From positions 5,839 to 69,838 of the forward strand of contig JBKJPY010000030.1 of NCBI GenBank assembly GCA_046594195.1: a stretch of DNA of 64,000 bases. The letters run 5' to 3'. A program made the position numbers and the translations under genes. Within the stretch, counting starts at the first letter, position 1, and each line of letters opens with the position of its first letter. The stretch is from Acidimicrobiales bacterium. Lineage in GTDB: Bacteria > Actinomycetota > Acidimicrobiia > Acidimicrobiales > Iamiaceae. The notes under the pieces are model-generated. The model was not told the DNA's origin. It saw only the letters and a list, made by a program, of their open reading frames with translations, and made no database searches. Shown here piece after piece: positions 18,361-27,438 of the stretch.

Positions 18361-20455
18361 GGCACCTCCCCCAGCTCAGGCCCAGCTCGGCATCGATGGC
18401 CGCCCGCTCGTCGTCGGACAGGGAGCCGCCACCGGCGAGGACGAGCTCGGGGACGATCGCAGGTGGGGCGGGCGCCAGCAGCTCGACGGCCCGGTTGCGG
18501 TCGGCATTGGGCGTCGTGGCGTGGCGCTTCGCCCAGGCAGCGCGCACCTTGTCGGCGGTCTGGGCGATGGCGCCGTCGGGGTTGGCGGCCAGGCTGATGC
18601 CGGCCAGACCGGGAAGGACCGTCATGAGGTTCTGGAGGGCCGGATAGGTCTCGCCGATCAGCGGGAACACCGAGTAGAGGATCGCCCCCAGGAGGACACC
18701 GGCGACGGCTGCGATCCCGCCGACCACGGCCATCAGCGCGAGCGGTAGACCGGGGAGTGCACCTTGGAGCAAGGCGAACTGCTCGGTGCCGACCTTGCCG
18801 CGCCACCCTCCCAGCAGGGCACCGCCCAACCCGGCGATGGCCGCCGACAGGCCGAAGACCTGAAGCTTGAGTCGGGTGAGGTCCAAGCCCAGGGTGGCGC
18901 AGGCAGCCGGACTGTCCTTCATGGCCTGCAGCCGGCGGCCGAACGGGCCACGCCGGAGGACCGTGACGAGCAGGCCCAACAGCGCGAACACGACGGCCAT
19001 GAGCACCAGGTTCGCCCGGTTGCTGCTCGTGTCGATCGGACCGAGGTGGAGCCGCTCGTAGGTGGCGTCGCCCTGGTTGAACACGGGCACCCCGGCGAAG
19101 ACCGCCTTCTCGCAGAACAGGGCGAACGCCATCGTGGACAAGGCGAGGTAGAGGCCCTTCAGGCGCAGCGACGGCAAGGCGACGAGCGCGCCGACCACGG
19201 CGCAGACCGCGACCACCAGGACCAGGGCGAGCGGGTTGCCGTCGCTCCCCCACTGGTACATGACCAGTGCGCCGATCCCGGCGAAGGCCAGCGGCGCCAG
19301 CGAGATCTGCCCGCCGTAGCCCATGAGCGGCACCAGCGACAGGGCGACGATGCCGAGCGCCAGGCCGTACCCGACCGAGTCCAGGGCCTTGCCGTCGAGC
19401 AGCGACGGGATGGCGAAGGCGGCGACGATCAAGGCTCCGGACGCGAGGTACACAGAGCGCATCGACGGGTTCGGGACCCGGCTGCGGTCCGGCTGGCGGT
19501 GGAACAGCGATGCCTTCTCCTGCGGAAGCACCAGCAGGGCGATGAACAACATGATGACCGGGACGGTCTCGACGTTGATCCAGCCCGCCAGGGTGTGCAG
19601 GAGCCCGGCGACGCGCTCGGGAATCCAACCGGGCTCGGTGCCGGGTGCCATCCAGGCGTTGATGTCGGTCGAGTACCGCGAAGCGGCTTCGCGGAGCAGG
19701 CCGAGGATCACCGCACCCACCACGGTGAGCGGCAGGCTCCGCAGCCGGCCGACGACGGCGGCGGCGTAGGCGTTGATCACGAGCAGGGTCAGCGTGGTCT
19801 GGTCGAGGGTGAGGATCGGGGCGATGAGCACGCCGGCGACCGCGGCGAGCGTGCAGCCCACGGCCCACGACAGCGACGAGATCCGGTCGGGCGAGACGCC
19901 GTTGAGGCCGGCGAGCTCACGGCTGTCGACGACGGCCCGCATGGCCACGCCCACCCGTGTCCGGTACAGCAAGATCCGGAGGAAGACGGCGACCAGGATG
20001 GCGGCGACGAACACCACGATCTGGTGGTAGTCGACCCCGACCCCGAGGATCTTCACCACGTCGCCTTCGAAGAACCGGGGCAGGTTGCGGGACTCGGCCG
20101 GCGACCACACGACGGTGGCCAGCTGGATCAGCGCGACGAGGAGACCGATGGGCACCACGATGCGAGTGATCGGCGACGCGTCGTGGAGGCGCCGCATCAG
20201 CACCCGGTCGATCACGAACCCGAACGCCGGTGCGAACACGCCGAGGGTCAGCACCAGCGAGAGCCAGACCGGCAGACCCCACGCGTCGGGCGAGCTCAGT
20301 TGCCAGTAGACGAACGCCGCCCACATCGCCACCGCCCCATGGGCGAAGTTGAAGATTCCCGACGTCTGGTACGTGACCACGAGACCACTGGCGGCCACCG
20401 CGTAGATGGCCGCGCTCGCCAGCCCGAAGACCAGCAGGGCACCCAGCTCGTTCAT
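18338..20455 (-). CDS. Fused LivH-LivM type ABC permease
   Basis: SGIFNFAHGA, 'G.AMRAV..S..LA.L.G', GYGGQISL, and 'GR.L.A.KDS..A.A.LG'. Confidence 0.88.
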   Translation of the reverse strand: MNELGALLVFGLASAAIYAVAASGLVVTYQTSGIFNFAHGAVAMWAAFVYWQLSSPDAWGLPVWLSLVLTLGVFAPAFGFVIDRVLMRRLHDASPITRIVVPIGLLVALIQLATVVWSPAESRNLPRFFEGDVVKILGVGVDYHQIVVFVAAILVAVFLRILLYRTRVGVAMRAVVDSRELAGLNGVSPDRISSLSWAVGCTLAAVAGVLIAPILTLDQTTLTLLVINAYAAAVVGRLRSLPLTVVGAVILGLLREAASRYSTDINAWMAPGTEPGWIPERVAGLLHTLAGWINVETVPVIMLFIALLVLPQEKASLFHRQPDRSRVPNPSMRSVYLASGALIVAAFAIPSLLDGKALDSVGYGLALGIVALSLVPLMGYGGQISLAPLAFAGIGALVMYQWGSDGNPLALVLVVAVCAVVGALVALPSLRLKGLYLALSTMAFALFCEKAVFAGVPVFNQGDATYERLHLGPIDTSSNRANLVLMAVVFALLGLLVTVLRRGPFGRRLQAMKDSPAACATLGLDLTRLKLQVFGLSAAIAGLGGALLGGWRGKVGTEQFALLQGALPGLPLALMAVVGGIAAVAGVLLGAILYSVFPLIGETYPALQNLMTVLPGLAGISLAANPDGAIAQTADKVRAAWAKRHATTPNADRNRAVELLAPAPPAIVPELVLAGGGSLSDDERAAIDAELGLSWGRCHADPRDA

Positions 20456-20489
20456 CGCGTTGCGCTGCCGTGCGCGCGGAGCGCAGGCA

Positions 20490-21908
20490 TCAGCTCGACT
20501 TCAGCTTGGCGCCGCCGCCGAAGTCGTCTTCGAGGTCGTAGCGGTAGGAGTCGTCGCAGTCGAAGGTGGCGGCCTTCTTCGGCCAGAGGCGCTCGAACTT
20601 CCCGCCCTTGACCTCCATGTACATGAAGCAGCTGGAGCTCTTGTTCGCCCCGGGGTCGGCCAGGAAGTGCAGGCCGCCGCCGTCCCACGTGTGGATGGTC
20701 TTGAGCTCCTCGAGCAGCTTCGGACGGGTGAGGTCGTTGCCCAGTGCCTTGGCGGCGGTCGAGAAGAGCAGGCCTGCGGAGAACGCCTGGACGCCGAGGG
20801 ACGTGGGTTCCACCTTGGTGCCGAGCTTGTCGTAGGCGTCCAGGTACGCCTGGAGGGCCGGCGAGTCGTCGACCTCCTCGAACGGGACCGTGTTGAGCTG
20901 GACGATCGCACCCTCAGAGCCCGGCTCGGCGAGCAGATCCGGGTCGTAGTACTGCTGACCGAGGTCGATCACCTCGGGCTCGAAGCCCTGGGTCTTCATG
21001 TCCCGCAGGAGCTTGGCCGTCTCCGAGGTGGCCGACACCATGGTCACCCACTCGACGCCCTTGGCCTTCATCTCGGAGGCCTCGGTCGCGTAGCTCTCCT
21101 GGATGACGCCGGTGGTCTTGTCGTAGACGAAGTCGTACCCCTGCGCCTCGTACCCCTTCTTGATGCGCTCGGCCTGGACGGTGGCGGTCTCGATGGACGA
21201 GGCCAAGATGGCGGCCTTCTTCACGGCCTTCGGGTGTTCCTGCTTGACCCACTCGGCGCCGCCGATCGGGTAGAAGTTCGACGGGTTGGGAAGCGGGGCG
21301 ACGACGTTGTCACTGAGGCCCTTGGCCGCCGTCGCCGTGTAGGCGGGCACTTCGACGAGGCCGCAGTCGACCATCAGCTGGGCACCCTGGTTGTCGGTCA
21401 CCGAGCCGGAGCCCACGATGGCGAGCACGCCGGCGTTGCAGGCCTCTTTGGTGGCCTCCAGGTGGCTGAACAGCTTGGAGTCGATCTTGGTCAGCTCGAG
21501 CTTGCGGCCGTTGATGCCGCCGAAGCCGTTGCACCAGTCGACATACGCCTGCATCGACTCCTCGATGCTGGCCGTCGGCACCTTCACCTGGCCGGCCTTG
21601 TCCGAGATCACGGCAATCTTGATGGTGTCGGCCGTGACACCCTCGACCGCTTCGGTCGGCTGTGTCGGGGCTTGCTCACCCTTGCCGCAGGGTACGGCGA
21701 GGGTCCCGATCCTGGGTCCGCCCTCTCCGTCGGAGATGCCGGCACTGCCGGTTCCTCCAGCGCCACCAGCCCCATCGGTGCTCGCCGACGGACCCGACGC
21801 GCTTGCCGTCCCGCCCCCCGTCGCCAGCTCGTCATCGGACAACCGGCTGCCGCACGCCGTCGCCACGAGGGCAAAGGCGCAGCAGAGGGCAGCGACACGG
21901 ATCTTCAC
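20490..21908 (-). CDS. ABC transporter substrate-binding lipoprotein (periplasmic binding protein type 1)
   Basis: GTG start with RBS AAGGGGA, lipobox VATAC, a Gly-rich linker, and 'GVTADTIKIAV..D...CN..GGINGRKLEL'. Confidence 0.85.
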   Translation of the reverse strand: MKIRVAALCCAFALVATACGSRLSDDELATGGGTASASGPSASTDGAGGAGGTGSAGISDGEGGPRIGTLAVPCGKGEQAPTQPTEAVEGVTADTIKIAVISDKAGQVKVPTASIEESMQAYVDWCNGFGGINGRKLELTKIDSKLFSHLEATKEACNAGVLAIVGSGSVTDNQGAQLMVDCGLVEVPAYTATAAKGLSDNVVAPLPNPSNFYPIGGAEWVKQEHPKAVKKAAILASSIETATVQAERIKKGYEAQGYDFVYDKTTGVIQESYATEASEMKAKGVEWVTMVSATSETAKLLRDMKTQGFEPEVIDLGQQYYDPDLLAEPGSEGAIVQLNTVPFEEVDDSPALQAYLDAYDKLGTKVEPTSLGVQAFSAGLLFSTAAKALGNDLTRPKLLEELKTIHTWDGGGLHFLADPGANKSSSCFMYMEVKGGKFERLWPKKAATFDCDDSYRYDLEDDFGGGAKLKSS

Positions 21909-21963
21909 AAGCAGGTCCCCTTCAAGTGCTCGGCCAAGGAATGTAGCGCGGGCGCGATGGCGC

Positions 21964-21982
21964 ACCTGACGCCCCGTCAGGT
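21964..21982. terminator. Hairpin between fadE27 and the binding-protein gene
   Basis: ACCTGAC-GCCCC-GTCAGGT. A possible minus-strand -10 TACATT lies at 21940-21945. Confidence 0.35.
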
Positions 21983-21990
21983 CTTGGCGG

Positions 21991-23112
21991 TCACCCTGCA
22001 GCGAGCAGTGCGCCGAGGCGCCGGAGGTGGGTGGTCCCGCCTCCCAGGGAGAGCTCCAGGTGCTTCGCCCACCGGAACGTGCGGTGCACCGGGTAGTCGG
22101 TATCGACGCCGATCCCGCCGTGGAGGTGCTGTGCCGCGTGGACGACGCGGTGCGCGCCGTCGGCCGCCCAGAACTTGGCGATGGCCAGTTCCTCGGCCGC
22201 CGGGAGTCCCTCGCCCAGCCGCCACGCGGCCTGGTACGCCGTGAGGCGGACCGCCTCGGTGTCGATGTAGGCGTCGGCCGCACGGTGGGCGACGGCCTGG
22301 AAGGTGGCGATCGGCGTGTCGAACTGCTTGCGCTCGCTCGTGTAGGTCGCCGTGATGCGGAGCGCGGCCTCGCAGACGCCGGCCACGACGGCGCAGGTGG
22401 CCGCAACGGCACGATCCGCGATCCATTCGGTGACCGCAGCGCCCCCGTCGACCGCGCCGACGACGTCGGCGGCGCTAACGGCAACCCCATCGAAGGTGAA
22501 CGTCGTGAGCGGCTCCAGGTTCGGGCCGTGGTTGACCTCGGCGGAGACGCCAGCGGCGGTCGGATCGACCAGGAAGACCGTGGACGTGCCGTCACCGGTG
22601 CGAGCGGGCACCAGGACCCGAGCGGCATGGACGGCGCCGGGGACCAGGTGCTTGGTCCCGCTGATGGTCCACCCGTCGCCGGAGGCCGTTGCGGTGGTGG
22701 TCGGAACCTCGGGCGGCAGGCCATCGGCGCCTTCGGAGAGCGCGGCGGTCAAGATCACCGAGCCGTCGATCACCCCCGGGAGCCAGGAAGCCTGCTGATC
22801 GGCCGAGCCGAACTCGGCGAGGGGCAGTGCACCGAGGACGAGGGTCGACAGCACCGGAAGGGGTGCCACGGCGCGGCCCACCTGTTCGAGGACGAGCGCC
22901 AGCTCGAAGAAGCCGAAGCCGCCGCCGCCGTGCGCCTCGGGCAGCGAGAGGCCCAGGAGGTCTGCCTTGGCCAGCTCGGCCCACGTGTCGGCGGCGAACC
23001 AGTCGTCGCCGGCCTCGATGTCGCGGAGCCGCTCCGCCGGGAGCTGCTCGCCCAGGATCCGGGCGGCGAGGTCGCGCAGGGAGGTCTGCTCGTCTGAGAG
23101 TGCGAAGTCCAT
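21991..23112 (-). CDS. fadE27: Acyl-CoA dehydrogenase beta subunit, FadE27/ChsE5-like
   Basis: RKQFDTPIATFQAV.HR.AD.YID and AQHLHGGIGVD.DYP.HR. Lies directly downstream of fadE26. Confidence 0.82.
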   Translation of the reverse strand: MDFALSDEQTSLRDLAARILGEQLPAERLRDIEAGDDWFAADTWAELAKADLLGLSLPEAHGGGGFGFFELALVLEQVGRAVAPLPVLSTLVLGALPLAEFGSADQQASWLPGVIDGSVILTAALSEGADGLPPEVPTTTATASGDGWTISGTKHLVPGAVHAARVLVPARTGDGTSTVFLVDPTAAGVSAEVNHGPNLEPLTTFTFDGVAVSAADVVGAVDGGAAVTEWIADRAVAATCAVVAGVCEAALRITATYTSERKQFDTPIATFQAVAHRAADAYIDTEAVRLTAYQAAWRLGEGLPAAEELAIAKFWAADGAHRVVHAAQHLHGGIGVDTDYPVHRTFRWAKHLELSLGGGTTHLRRLGALLAAG

Positions 23113-23122
23113 GAGGTGTCTC

Positions 23123-24304
23123 CTACATCCGTGGCATGCGGGGCATGCCCAAGCCGAACATGGCGATGAGGTCGCGCTGGATCTCGTTCACGCCTCCGCC
23201 GAAGGTCAAGATCAGCGAGCCCTGGGCGCCCCGGTTGATGCGCGAGGCCAGCACCGCCGCTGGTGAGTCGGTCGTGAGGTTCGCTGCCTGGCCGAGGATC
23301 TCGCCGAGCAACTGGTAGGCGTCGGTGAAGAACTCCGTGCCGAAGACCTTGATGGAGCTGGCGTCGGCCGGGTTGACCTGCTCGCCGGCCGCCTCCAGGG
23401 CCGCCACCTTCCAGTTCAGGAGCGTCAGGAACTCGATCCCGGAACGGACCCGAGCCAGATTGAGCTGCACCCACTCCTGGTCGATCACCCGCCGACCGTC
23501 GGGCAGGGTCGTCTCCCGTGCCCAGGCAAGGGTGTCCTCGTAGGTGCGCTCGATCATCCCCGGCGGGGCGAGGCCAACCCGTTCGTAGTTGAGCTGGTTG
23601 ATGATGAGGCCCCAGCCGCCGTGGAGCTCGCCCAAGATGGCGGAGTCCGGCACCTTCACGTCGTCGTAGTACGTGTGGAACGTGCTGGCGTTCACCATCG
23701 TGTGGATCTTCGTGTACGAGTACCCGGGATCGGTGGTGGGCACGAGGAACATCGTGATGCCCTTGTGCTTGGGGGCATCGGGATCGGTGCGCGCCGCAAG
23801 CCAGATGTAGTCGGCGTAGCTCGCCAGCGACGTGTAGGTCTTCTGTCCGTTGATCACCCATTCATCGCCGTCCTTGACGGCCTTCGTGGTGAGCGACGCC
23901 AGGTCGGTGCCGGCCCCGGGCTCGGTGTAGCCGATGGAGAAGTGGAGCTCGCCGGCGAGGATCTTCGGGAGGAAGAAGTCCTTCTGCTCCTGCGTGCCGA
24001 ACTGCATGATCGTCATGGCGACGGTGTTGACCGACAGGAAGGGCGTCGGGGCACCGGCTCGCCAGGACTCGTTCATGAAGATGAACTGCTCGACCGGCCC
24101 GAAGCCACGGCCTCCGTACTCCTCGGGCCAGCCCACGCCGAGCCAGCGGTCGCGGCCCATCTGCCGGACGGCATCGAGGCACGCCGGGCTTCCGGTCTCC
24201 CCCGCCGCGGTCGCAGCGATGACCTCCGGGGTCATGAGGTCGGCGAAGTAAGTGCGCAACTCCTTGCGGAGGGCTTCCTGCTCGGGCGTGAACGCAATCT
24301 GCAC
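23123..24304 (-). CDS. fadE26: Acyl-CoA dehydrogenase alpha subunit, FadE26/ChsE4-like
   Basis: I.FTPEQE.LR.ELR.YF..LMTPE, LHFSIGYTEPGAGTDLA, QLNYERV, EWVQLNLARV, and LILTFGGG.NE.QRD. Confidence 0.88.
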   Translation of the reverse strand: MQIAFTPEQEALRKELRTYFADLMTPEVIAATAAGETGSPACLDAVRQMGRDRWLGVGWPEEYGGRGFGPVEQFIFMNESWRAGAPTPFLSVNTVAMTIMQFGTQEQKDFFLPKILAGELHFSIGYTEPGAGTDLASLTTKAVKDGDEWVINGQKTYTSLASYADYIWLAARTDPDAPKHKGITMFLVPTTDPGYSYTKIHTMVNASTFHTYYDDVKVPDSAILGELHGGWGLIINQLNYERVGLAPPGMIERTYEDTLAWARETTLPDGRRVIDQEWVQLNLARVRSGIEFLTLLNWKVAALEAAGEQVNPADASSIKVFGTEFFTDAYQLLGEILGQAANLTTDSPAAVLASRINRGAQGSLILTFGGGVNEIQRDLIAMFGLGMPRMPRM

Positions 24305-24330
24305 GGGAACTCCTGACGGTCCATCAGAAC

Positions 24331-24344
24331 TAGAACACGTTCTA
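24331..24344. promoter_or_regulatory. KstR-type operator upstream of fadE26
   Basis: TAGAACACGTTCTA, a perfect consensus match. Confidence 0.9.
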
Positions 24345-24411
24345 GCAGAAGGCTCGTCAGCGGTCCCTGGTCGGCGGCCCGACCGCCCGCTCCCCCGCCT
24401 AAGATTCGTCG

Positions 24412-25548
24412 ATGCGGGAATCGGTCATTCGCGCGTCCAACCCGGAGGCGGACGAACACGGGATCACGTGGACTGGGTCGTTCACCCCACCCGGCGACGA
24501 ACCCGCGGTGACCACCTTCCGGTTCGGATCACCCACCGGCGGGGGTCCTCCGCCATCTGCTCGCCCATTCGTGCTGGCGTTCCTGCCGGCGGCGATGCGG
24601 GTGGGCGCACCCGTCCGCATCGACGGGCCGATCGATGGCACCACCCTCGCCAGCCTGTTGGAGTGGCAAGAGGCGATGGCCGCTTGGCACCCCGGCGAGT
24701 TCCAGGTCGTTTCGCTTCGGGCCGACGCCGGCACGACGCCGAGCGTCGCCGCCCCATCGGACGCACCCAGGGGTGCGGTCTCAGCCTTCTCCGGTGGGGT
24801 CGACAGCTGCTTCACCGCGGTTCGGCATCGACCGGGCGCAGCGATCGATGCCGAACGGGACCCGCAGCGGCGGACCGAGGTTCGCGCCGGACTCTTCGTG
24901 CACGGCTTCGACATCGCCCGAGACGACGAGGACACCTACCTGGCCGCCCGCACCCGGGTCTCGGGGATCCTCGAGGGCCTCGCCATCGAGCCGATGTGGC
25001 TCCAGACCGACATCCGAGCCCTCGAGCGACGGTGGCCCCTGGACTGGGAAACCACGAGCCACGGCATCTGGCTCGCCGCTGCACTGGCGTGCGTGGAGCA
25101 CTGGTTCGACCTGGCGATCATCCCCTCCACCTTCAGCTACCCCGTGCTCGAGCTCCCATGGGGGTCCAACCCGATCACCGATCCGCTGCTCGGCTCGGAC
25201 CGGGTGCCGATGTGGCACGACGGGGCCGCCTTCAACAAGGCCGCCAAGGTCCGGGCGCTCGCCGGCCACCGGTCCGTCGAGGCGGGCCTCCGGGTGTGCT
25301 GGTCCGGCGACCGGCTCGACCGGAACTGCGGACGTTGCATGAAGTGCGTCGCCACGCAGGTCTGCTTCTGGATGTATGGCGTCGATGAGCCGGCATGCTT
25401 CGACGCAGGGGCGACCGTGGCCGACCTCGCGAAGCTCCGCGTCCGCAAGCCCTACCAGCGTCCGATCCTCGATCAGATCCGCCGCGCCGCCCTCGATGCT
25501 GGTCGTCCCGACATCGCTGACGCGTGCGCCCAGGTCGTGGCCCGATGA
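24412..25548 (+). CDS. QueC-like PP-loop ATPase-fold protein of unknown function
   Basis: PP-loop AFSGGVDS and C-x9-CxxCxxC (RVCW...NCGRCMKC). -10 TAAGAT lies 6 nt before the ATG. Confidence 0.7.
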   Translation: MRESVIRASNPEADEHGITWTGSFTPPGDEPAVTTFRFGSPTGGGPPPSARPFVLAFLPAAMRVGAPVRIDGPIDGTTLASLLEWQEAMAAWHPGEFQVVSLRADAGTTPSVAAPSDAPRGAVSAFSGGVDSCFTAVRHRPGAAIDAERDPQRRTEVRAGLFVHGFDIARDDEDTYLAARTRVSGILEGLAIEPMWLQTDIRALERRWPLDWETTSHGIWLAAALACVEHWFDLAIIPSTFSYPVLELPWGSNPITDPLLGSDRVPMWHDGAAFNKAAKVRALAGHRSVEAGLRVCWSGDRLDRNCGRCMKCVATQVCFWMYGVDEPACFDAGATVADLAKLRVRKPYQRPILDQIRRAALDAGRPDIADACAQVVAR

Positions 25549-25946
25549 CCGGTTCGGCCGATCCGTGGCTCGAGCGGTTCGCCGCGCTCGTGCGCGCTCG
25601 GGACGTGAGCGGCGCACTCCTCTTGTTCTCGCCCGACGTCGCTGCGTTCGGCACGAGGGTCAACGTGGCGTTCGGGCTCGACGAACTGTTGTCCCAGCAG
25701 TGGGAGCCCATCTGGACGTCCACCCGTGACTTCGACTTCGACACGGGCGGCCGCTGGGAGCAGCGGGCCGGCGACGGGGACCTCCTGGTGGTGGCGTGCA
25801 CCTGGATGTCGCAGGGATTCGACGACGACGCCACCCCGTTTCCCCGCCGGGGCCGCGCCACCGTCGCCCTGGCGCGCTCATCGCAGAACGACACCGGGTG
25901 GGTGGCGGTTCACACCCACTTCAGCGAGTCGCCGACCGCCTGGTGA
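25545..25946 (+). CDS. SnoaL/NTF2-like fold protein
   Basis: ATGA overlap with the previous gene. 'RDV..AL.LF.PDV..FGT', 'GRAT..L', and 'W..VH.HFS'. Confidence 0.72.
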   Translation: MTGSADPWLERFAALVRARDVSGALLLFSPDVAAFGTRVNVAFGLDELLSQQWEPIWTSTRDFDFDTGGRWEQRAGDGDLLVVACTWMSQGFDDDATPFPRRGRATVALARSSQNDTGWVAVHTHFSESPTAW

Positions 25947-25978
25947 CGCGCGCGGCGGCCGTCGCTACCCTGACCGCC

Positions 25979-26572
25979 ATGGCCGCCGCAGTGTCTTTCC
26001 CGATCACGTTCGACGACGATGCCAACGAGCTGCTGGCGCACGATCCGCTGGCCCTCCTGTTCGGGATGCTGCTGGACCAGCAGGTGCCGATGACGTGGGC
26101 GTTCAAGTCGCCCATCGTGCTGAAGGAGCGATTCGGCGACCGCTGGTCCCCCGCCGGGATCGCCGAGCTGTCCGAGGAGGCCGTTGTGGAGCTCTTCTGC
26201 GAGAAACCGGCGGTGCACCGGTATCCGGCGGCGATGGCCCGGCGGGCACACGGCATCGCGCAGGTGATCGTCGACGAGTACGACGGGGACACCGCTTCGA
26301 TCTGGACCACAGCCAAGTCCGGCGAGACCCTCTACAAGAGGGTCTCGAACCTGCCCGGCTTCGCCACCGAGAAGAGCCAGATCTTTGTGGCCCTCCTCGC
26401 CAAGCGCTTCGACGTGAAGCCCCGAGGCTGGAAGGCCGCCGCCGGCGCCTTCAGCGACAACCAGCCAAGGTCAGCGGCCGACGTCGACTCCCTCCCCAAG
26501 CTCCGCGAAGTCCAGGCGTGGAAGAAGGCCCAGAAGGCCGCCAAGAAGTCCAAGTCCGAGTTCTCGATGTAG
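25979..26572 (+). CDS. HhH-GPD-type base excision repair family protein (actinobacterial)
   Basis: DPLALLFGMLLDQQVPM.WAF, PAVHRYP.AMA.R, LPGF..EK.QIF.ALLAK, and RS.ADVD. Confidence 0.88.
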   Translation: MAAAVSFPITFDDDANELLAHDPLALLFGMLLDQQVPMTWAFKSPIVLKERFGDRWSPAGIAELSEEAVVELFCEKPAVHRYPAAMARRAHGIAQVIVDEYDGDTASIWTTAKSGETLYKRVSNLPGFATEKSQIFVALLAKRFDVKPRGWKAAAGAFSDNQPRSAADVDSLPKLREVQAWKKAQKAAKKSKSEFSM

Positions 26573-26794
26573 CCCGGGCTTCCGGCGCCCCTGGTCTTCG
26601 TCGTCGCATGGCTTCACCCGGCCGGGTGGGCCGTTACCCAACCGTGACCTTGGCGCATGGACTTCGTCACGCCGGGCTCTCACCTGCACGCCGAGGGCGT
26701 GGCGCATGCAACCGGCACGCCGCGTCTAGCGGCTGACCACGCCGGGTAGCGGTCCCTGGGTCCAACGAGGGACCCACGAGAAGGGAGCGAACCA

Positions 26795-27277
26795 ATGAGC
26801 CAGCCCGTGGATTCCGCAGGACGACCGATCGTCGCCGAACAGGTCGAGACCCGACCAGCCGCCGCCTCCGCCGGGTTGCGCGTCTTCCAGATCGCCTCCG
26901 CCATCGCGGGCGGGGTCTTGTTCGTCTTCGGCCTCATGGCGATCTTCAAGGTCGACTTCGACGCCGACGTCCTCGACACCTCCGCCTCCGTCGCCGGCTA
27001 CGGGTTCTCCGCGGTCGCCGCCATCGCCGCCATCTTGTTGGGCGGCGCCACCTTGGTGTCGACGCTGGCCGACCAAGACCGCGGCTCCTCGGCGTTCGTC
27101 GGGCTCATCACCATCGCCCTCGGCATCGCGGCGCTGGTCGTCGAAGGCCAGTCAGAGTCGGATCTGCAGGTGGACAACCGCTCTGCGGCGCTGTTCATCA
27201 CCCTCGGCGCCGTGGTGTTCGTCTGCTCGCTCGTGCCCTGGTGGTCGCGGCGACGGGTCACCACCGTCGTTCGCTGA
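26795..27277 (+). CDS. Hypothetical membrane protein (about four TM helices)
   Basis: Strong RBS (AAGGGAG), ATG start, and hydrophobic segments. Confidence 0.7.
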   Translation: MSQPVDSAGRPIVAEQVETRPAAASAGLRVFQIASAIAGGVLFVFGLMAIFKVDFDADVLDTSASVAGYGFSAVAAIAAILLGGATLVSTLADQDRGSSAFVGLITIALGIAALVVEGQSESDLQVDNRSAALFITLGAVVFVCSLVPWWSRRRVTTVVR

Positions 27278-27352
27278 CCCCAGCCGGGGTCAGCGAACTC
27301 AGCGTCTTCGGTCCTTTGCCTGTGGTTCGCGCTGGCCGAGCCAGGCCCGAAG

Positions 27353-27368
27353 TTGACCGGTCGGTCAA
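27353..27368. promoter_or_regulatory. Palindromic operator candidate upstream of the P450
   Basis: TTGACC-GGTC-GGTCAA. Confidence 0.55.
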
Positions 27369-27438
27369 GTTGGTCCTCGGGAACGCGTTACCGTCTCGGA
27401 CGGCCACGACCCACCCCTGGGCCGACGAAGGGAACGCC

